Positions 61,562-64,000 of a stretch of 64,000 bases of DNA are shown piece after piece; position 1 is the first letter of the stretch, and each line of letters opens with the position of its first letter. Origin of the DNA: Octopus sinensis (lineage: Eukaryota); NCBI RefSeq assembly GCF_006345805.1, contig NC_043009.1:52700001-52764000 (forward strand), in the 5' to 3' direction. Made by a program: the position numbers and the translations under genes. A model generated the notes under the pieces. The model made no database searches and was not told where the DNA came from. It worked only from the letters and a program-made list of their open reading frames with translations.

Positions 61562-63669
61562 TACATTGGGTTGGCAAGAAAGTAATTTCACTTACTGCAA
61601 ATAGATAGAGTTATGATTTCATTTAATGACTTTTGTCCATATTATGATATTTTTCCTTTTATATATATATAGACACATACAAACACACATTATTATTATT
61701 ATTATATAATAATATATATATTCTACTATGTTGAGTACCTTTTTCTTTTGTTTTATCCATTCACTCGTGCGTGTGTATAAAGTCTGAAACTACACATACA
61801 GACAAGTATACATGCACACACAAATATTAACATAGATATATATATACATGAGCACATACACACACACATACATGAGCACACAAGTACAAAAACAACATAC
61901 ACACAGAAGAACAAGCACACACAAGTAGACACACAAACATACAATACACTCGCTAAAAGATTTGCCCTTCGTTTCTCACGTGTCATCATAGAAGCAGAGT
62001 GAACGTAAAGAGCATACTAACCTGAGGGCTTGGAGGTGATATGTTTGAAGGAGGTCGAAGTTCCTGGCTGAGGGAGCCAGATCTGGCTAAAGGACTGTGA
62101 CGTGGTTCAGTAGGTAACCGAGGACGATAGCGCTGCTGTTTCTGAGCCAAACTCAATGACCCTGAACGCACAAACACTCGTTCCTCTGTGTCAAAGAATA
62201 TGTCCTCGGCGAATGCAGAGTCAGAAGCCTGAGCACCTTGCTGTGTCAAATACTGGAATGGCGCCATGGGGAAAGGGTTGAGGTCAGTGCCGATGTCTTC
62301 ACTGACACTCGGTAGGAACATGTCCAAACGATTAAGGCTATTTGGAGTTCTTTTGTGACTGTGCGAGGGAAGACTGATTCCAGCGGCGCTTGCCAAATCC
62401 AACAGAAACATTGCATTGTTTTTAAGAATTATATGAGATTCCATAGGAATCAAGTTCGACTGCTGCTTGTTGGCGAAGATTTTTTTCTTATACTTTCGTG
62501 ATTTCTCTTTGTCTTTCTGCGCTTGTCGACGTTCACGCAAGTACTTATCCCTGCACCGATCACAGATCAGGTACCAACTGCTGCCTCCAAAGCCCCCCTC
62601 TCCACAGTTACCGGCCCATCCACCACAGAAGTTGCCACCACTATTGTAGCCCTTGCCTCCAGCATATCGGCCGCAGCCAGGATGCGAGCGGCGCATATGG
62701 TAGGTGACAGGATGTGGATACATAACACCACACAGTTCGCACATTGTCTCACGCTCAGCGCCAGCTGTGCCGGCAAACAGTACACCCGCTGCTTCTCCAA
62801 ACAAGTTACCCCGCACAATTGGCTTCAGGTCACGTTTTTTCTTTGTTCGTTTCTCTTTTGTTTTTTCCTTCTCCTTCTTCTCGACTTTCTTTGTCTTCAT
62901 GCTTAGGGCAGGACTTGGGTAGATCATGTCCTTTGATATCACATTGAGCATTGTTGATGCCAGTTCCTCCCAGAATCCCACCAAATGATACAACGTTGCT
63001 GGGAGTTTTGCATCCTCTCGCTCGTAAGTACCATTCTCAGAATGGATCAAGAGAGGGTCTTCCTGGTAATTCACACTACCCTCAGATTTGTGCCGTCCAA
63101 GGATTGGTTTCGGTTGTTTCAAAGGATCTATTTTCACAGTATCTATCTTAACCTGGTCCAACTTGCCTGAGTCAGTCTGCAGAGTGCCTAATCGGACACT
63201 GTCCTGTCTACTGACATCGGAATCTGAATCAACACTATCCTGGTGTTCAATGAAGAACCTAACACGAGTCTCGTTCAAATTGTCTCCCTTCTTGGACGGT
63301 TCCTTTTTGATTTCTTTCGACGATTCAGCTGGCTGACGGACTTTCGTTTTCTCTGACTTTTTGTCGTCAACTTGAGACATTTCCTTAGATAAATTTGGAT
63401 GAAATTTCAAAAAAGATGCACAGGCCATTGCATCATGCACGATTCCTTCGTGCCACAGAAAAGCGGCGTAGACAGCACGGAGACATTCGGCAACAGACGG
63501 TGAGAGAGCTTCCTTCACCGGCTCACGGGTCCTCTCAAAGATCATGGTGGCTGAACCAGAGCGACTCCTATTGATCGGAGTGGTCTCCCTTGGTGATGGT
63601 GATGCTGCTCGTTCTCGTTTGTTTCTCAACTGTCGACCCCTGTCTTTGCGAATAGCTTTTGGAGATAAC
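30961..63669 (-). CDS. MYCBP2: MYCBP2/Highwire/RPM-1 E3 ubiquitin ligase, 3' part (26 coding exons, 1781 aa to stop; 5' exons lie beyond the window)
   Basis: Spliced translation contains hallmark PHR-family motifs: [99 protein letters not shown]. All 25 internal introns are GT-AG with consistent phase. Confidence 0.98.
31741..31906 (-). CDS. MYCBP2: MYCBP2 exon (downstream catalytic Cys): [32 protein letters not shown]...CPA
   Basis: Acceptor TTTTCAG|CTA, donor G|GTAGGT. Confidence 0.96.
32765..32872 (-). CDS. MYCBP2: MYCBP2 exon (upstream catalytic Cys): [14 protein letters not shown]...[11 protein letters not shown]
   Basis: Acceptor TCTCAG|GCT, donor CAG|GTGGGT. Confidence 0.96.
33080..33483 (-). 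mobile_element. 5'-truncated CR1-like LINE
   Basis: [31 protein letters not shown]...TRGHAYKV...[17 protein letters not shown]; (ATT)n tail. Confidence 0.9.
33805..34014 (-). CDS. MYCBP2: MYCBP2 exon: [12 protein letters not shown]...[12 protein letters not shown]...[11 protein letters not shown]
   Basis: Acceptor CTATAG|GAT, donor AAG|GTAAGT. Confidence 0.96.
34600..34707 (-). CDS. MYCBP2: MYCBP2 exon (RING-H2): [11 protein letters not shown]...[15 protein letters not shown]
   Basis: Acceptor TTACAG|TTA, donor AAA|GTAAGT. Confidence 0.96.
36277..36468 (-). CDS. MYCBP2: MYCBP2 exon: [19 protein letters not shown]...[22 protein letters not shown] (start of RING-H2)
   Basis: Acceptor TTGTAG|GAA, donor CAG|GTAAGT. 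Confidence 0.96.
37652..37761 (-). CDS. MYCBP2: MYCBP2 exon: [17 protein letters not shown]...VCSDAECQ
   Basis: Acceptor TTTTCAG|GA, donor CAG|GTGATT. Confidence 0.94.
38171..38297 (-). CDS. MYCBP2: MYCBP2 exon: [25 protein letters not shown]...VEFRE
   Basis: Acceptor GTACAG|GTG, donor G|GTACAT. Confidence 0.96.
38440..39125 (+). mobile_element. RTE-associated non-autonomous element / 3' UTR with (GAT)n tail; related copies at about 26325-26560(-), 34790-35060(-), 35415-35790(-), 41715-41860(+), 48560-48920(+), 50440-50682(+)
   Basis: Shared ttggcattaggaagggcatccagctgtagaaa...ccgtccaacccatgc..gcatggaa...taaacgatgatgat, plus repeated tgccagtggcacgtaaaaagcacc units. Confidence 0.7.
39186..39938. 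mobile_element. Fold-back element: 148-bp inverted arms (39186-39333 / 39791-39938) with about 460-bp spacer
   Basis: tcaaacttctgtcactacaaccactatcac... versus ...gtgatagtggttatagtgacagaagtttga. Confidence 0.8.
40232..40360 (-). CDS. MYCBP2: MYCBP2 exon (B-box): [43 protein letters not shown]
   Basis: Acceptor TTTCAG|CCT, donor CAG|GTAAAC. Confidence 0.96.
41200..41490 (-). mobile_element. Decayed RTE-like RT C-terminal fragment
   Basis: [17 protein letters not shown] motif. Confidence 0.5.
41944..42051 (-). CDS. MYCBP2: MYCBP2 exon: [22 protein letters not shown]...GPPR
   Basis: Acceptor CCACAG|CTA, donor CGT|GTAAGT. Confidence 0.96.
42163..42383. mobile_element. piggyBac-type MITE; second copy 54207-54426
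   Basis: TTAA|ccctttcgttac ... gtaacgaaaggg|TTAA (first base mutated in this copy). Confidence 0.85.
42593..42712 (-). CDS. MYCBP2: MYCBP2 exon: [17 protein letters not shown]...KTPT
   Basis: Acceptor TTGCCAG|GGT, donor ACA|GTAAGT. Confidence 0.95.
43399..43611. mobile_element. hAT (Charlie/Buster-like) MITE with 8-bp TSD
   Basis: gtctagag at 43391-43398 and 43612-43619; ends cagggtgggcaaact / agttcgcccacccctg. Confidence 0.9.
43870..43957 (-). CDS. MYCBP2: MYCBP2 exon: [12 protein letters not shown]...LLQDMAK
   Basis: Acceptor TTTCCAG|A, donor AAG|GTAACC. Confidence 0.92.
44643..44929 (-). CDS. MYCBP2: MYCBP2 exon: [10 protein letters not shown]...[18 protein letters not shown]...TSS
   Basis: Acceptor TTTTCAG|GTG, donor AG|GTATGT. 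Confidence 0.95.
46557..46710 (-). CDS. MYCBP2: MYCBP2 exon: [20 protein letters not shown]...TASPRVQRQ
   Basis: Acceptor CTATAG|G, donor CAA|GTAAGA. Confidence 0.95.
46930..47860 (-). mobile_element. Decayed RTE-clade LINE apurinic-endonuclease region
   Basis: [11 protein letters not shown]..., [10 protein letters not shown]...GISER...IYAPT...[14 protein letters not shown]..., [40 protein letters not shown]. Confidence 0.85.
48203..48309 (-). CDS. MYCBP2: MYCBP2 exon: [21 protein letters not shown]...DGSR
   Basis: Acceptor TTTCCAG|GTA, donor AG|GTGAGT. Confidence 0.95.
48928..49143. mobile_element. Mariner-type MITE
   Basis: Perfect 21-bp inverted repeat ggtgctgaaaagttcctggct at 48933-48953 and 49117-49137. 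Confidence 0.85.
49582..49752 (-). CDS. MYCBP2: MYCBP2 exon: VFGRLI...[23 protein letters not shown]
   Basis: Acceptor GTCCAG|GTT, donor CAA|GTGAGT. Confidence 0.95.
50042..50281 (-). CDS. MYCBP2: MYCBP2 exon: [11 protein letters not shown]...[16 protein letters not shown]...[15 protein letters not shown]
   Basis: Acceptor TTTTAG|GTT, donor CAG|GTAATT. Confidence 0.95.
50929..50994 (-). CDS. MYCBP2: MYCBP2 exon: [22 protein letters not shown]
   Basis: Acceptor TTTCAG|AAT, donor CAG|GTAAGT. Confidence 0.92.
52391..52524 (-). CDS. MYCBP2: MYCBP2 exon (DOC-like domain): [17 protein letters not shown]...DNTRDLA
   Basis: Acceptor TTTCAG|AT, donor GCT|GTAAGT. Confidence 0.95.
52721..52811 (-). 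CDS. MYCBP2: MYCBP2 exon: [30 protein letters not shown]
   Basis: Acceptor TTACCAG|TCA, donor G|GTGAGC. Confidence 0.92.
53190..53336 (-). CDS. MYCBP2: MYCBP2 exon: [25 protein letters not shown]...NAQ
   Basis: Acceptor CTCCAG|CAA, donor CAG|GTTTGA. Confidence 0.93.
53526..53666 (-). CDS. MYCBP2: MYCBP2 exon: [16 protein letters not shown]...LPLGTSLQ
   Basis: Acceptor TTTTAG|GAT, donor CAG|GTAAG. Confidence 0.95.
54207..54426. mobile_element. piggyBac-type MITE
   Basis: TTAA at 54203-54206 and 54427-54430; 12-bp TIRs. Confidence 0.88.
55204..55368 (-). CDS. MYCBP2: MYCBP2 exon: [20 protein letters not shown]...KDQE
   Basis: Acceptor TTCGCAG|GGT, donor GAG|GTAAAC. Confidence 0.95.
55914..57230. 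repeat. 66-bp tandem minisatellite, about 20 copies, in a MYCBP2 intron
   Basis: Unit cagaaaggaaacagataatgacggaggagattgacagatacatagatagaaagttagagactccta; 22-aa periodicity in the ORF track. Confidence 0.97.
57241..57458 (-). CDS. MYCBP2: MYCBP2 exon: [11 protein letters not shown]...[17 protein letters not shown]
   Basis: Acceptor TTTCAG|AC, donor CAG|GTAAGA. Confidence 0.95.
59237..59420. repeat. Fold-back with a perfect 70-bp palindromic core (59284-59353)
   Basis: tggaaatccacaacaccatctcttcggttatctgg|ccagataaccgaagagatggtgttgtggatttcca. Confidence 0.95.
59539..59734 (-). CDS. MYCBP2: MYCBP2 exon: [10 protein letters not shown]...LFQRSISE...[10 protein letters not shown]
   Basis: Acceptor CATGACAG|GAC, donor G|GTGAGT; phase 0 to 1; FQRS and RRR.NSG motifs match the orthologous linker as I recall it. 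Confidence 0.85.
62022..63669 (-). CDS. MYCBP2: MYCBP2 exon (1648 nt): LSPKAIRK...[17 protein letters not shown]...[16 protein letters not shown]...PPSPQ
   Basis: Acceptor CTTACTTACAG|G, donor CAG|GTTAGT; lies within the 591-aa ORF. Confidence 0.96.
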
Positions 63670-64000
63670 CTGTAAGTAAGGAGAGTAAAAGAAAATTCAA
63701 TAATACCTTGTACCGTCAATGAATGAAAAATCACGAATATATACGAAAAGGAAATCAACAATAATAATAGTTACACCAACAACAAAAATACATTAGTTAC
63801 AATTGCGTAACCGTGGTGATTAAGGCAGTGGTATTAATAATGATGATTAATTAATGATGATGAAGGCGGCGAGTTGGCAGAAAGGCGGCAAGTTGGCAGA
63901 AACGTTAGCACACCGGGCGAAATGCTTAGCCGTATTTCGTCTGTCGTTACGTTGTGAATTCAAATTCCGCCGAGGTCGACTTTACCTTTCATCCTTTCGG

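Noticed and set aside
63670-63761. N-terminal MLISFSYIF... of the 591-aa ORF
   Set aside because: It lies upstream of the acceptor at 63670-63671, so it is intronic read-through and not the protein start.

Overview
Repeat-dense animal genomic DNA. The SINE families and microsatellite load point to an octopod cephalopod (inference). The right half carries the last 26 coding exons of MYCBP2 (PAM/Highwire/RPM-1 RING-Cys-relay E3 ligase) on the minus strand, 63669 down to the stop at 30961. Every junction was read by hand as GT-AG and phase-consistent, giving 5347 nt and 1781 C-terminal residues (Cys/His-rich region, DOC-like domain, B-box, RING-H2, tandem-cysteine domain). The left half has no securely identified gene. 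It holds tRNA-derived SINEs, decayed mariner/maT transposases, a Penelope-like GIY-YIG fragment, an RLE-type LINE, satellites, microsatellites and a 100-N gap. The most interesting signal is a set of minimal type-I hammerhead-ribozyme-like motifs. All lie on the minus strand and have palindromic stem III but different cores, including a G3:C8-swapped core at 23076-23125 with perfect stems I and II. Other highlights: a 66-bp intronic array made of 3' splice-site mimics, long intronic fold-backs and a possible Asn>Asp restorative A-to-I site in MYCBP2, and a candidate hidden gene start at 6176. No database search or folding software was run; family names come from motif recognition.
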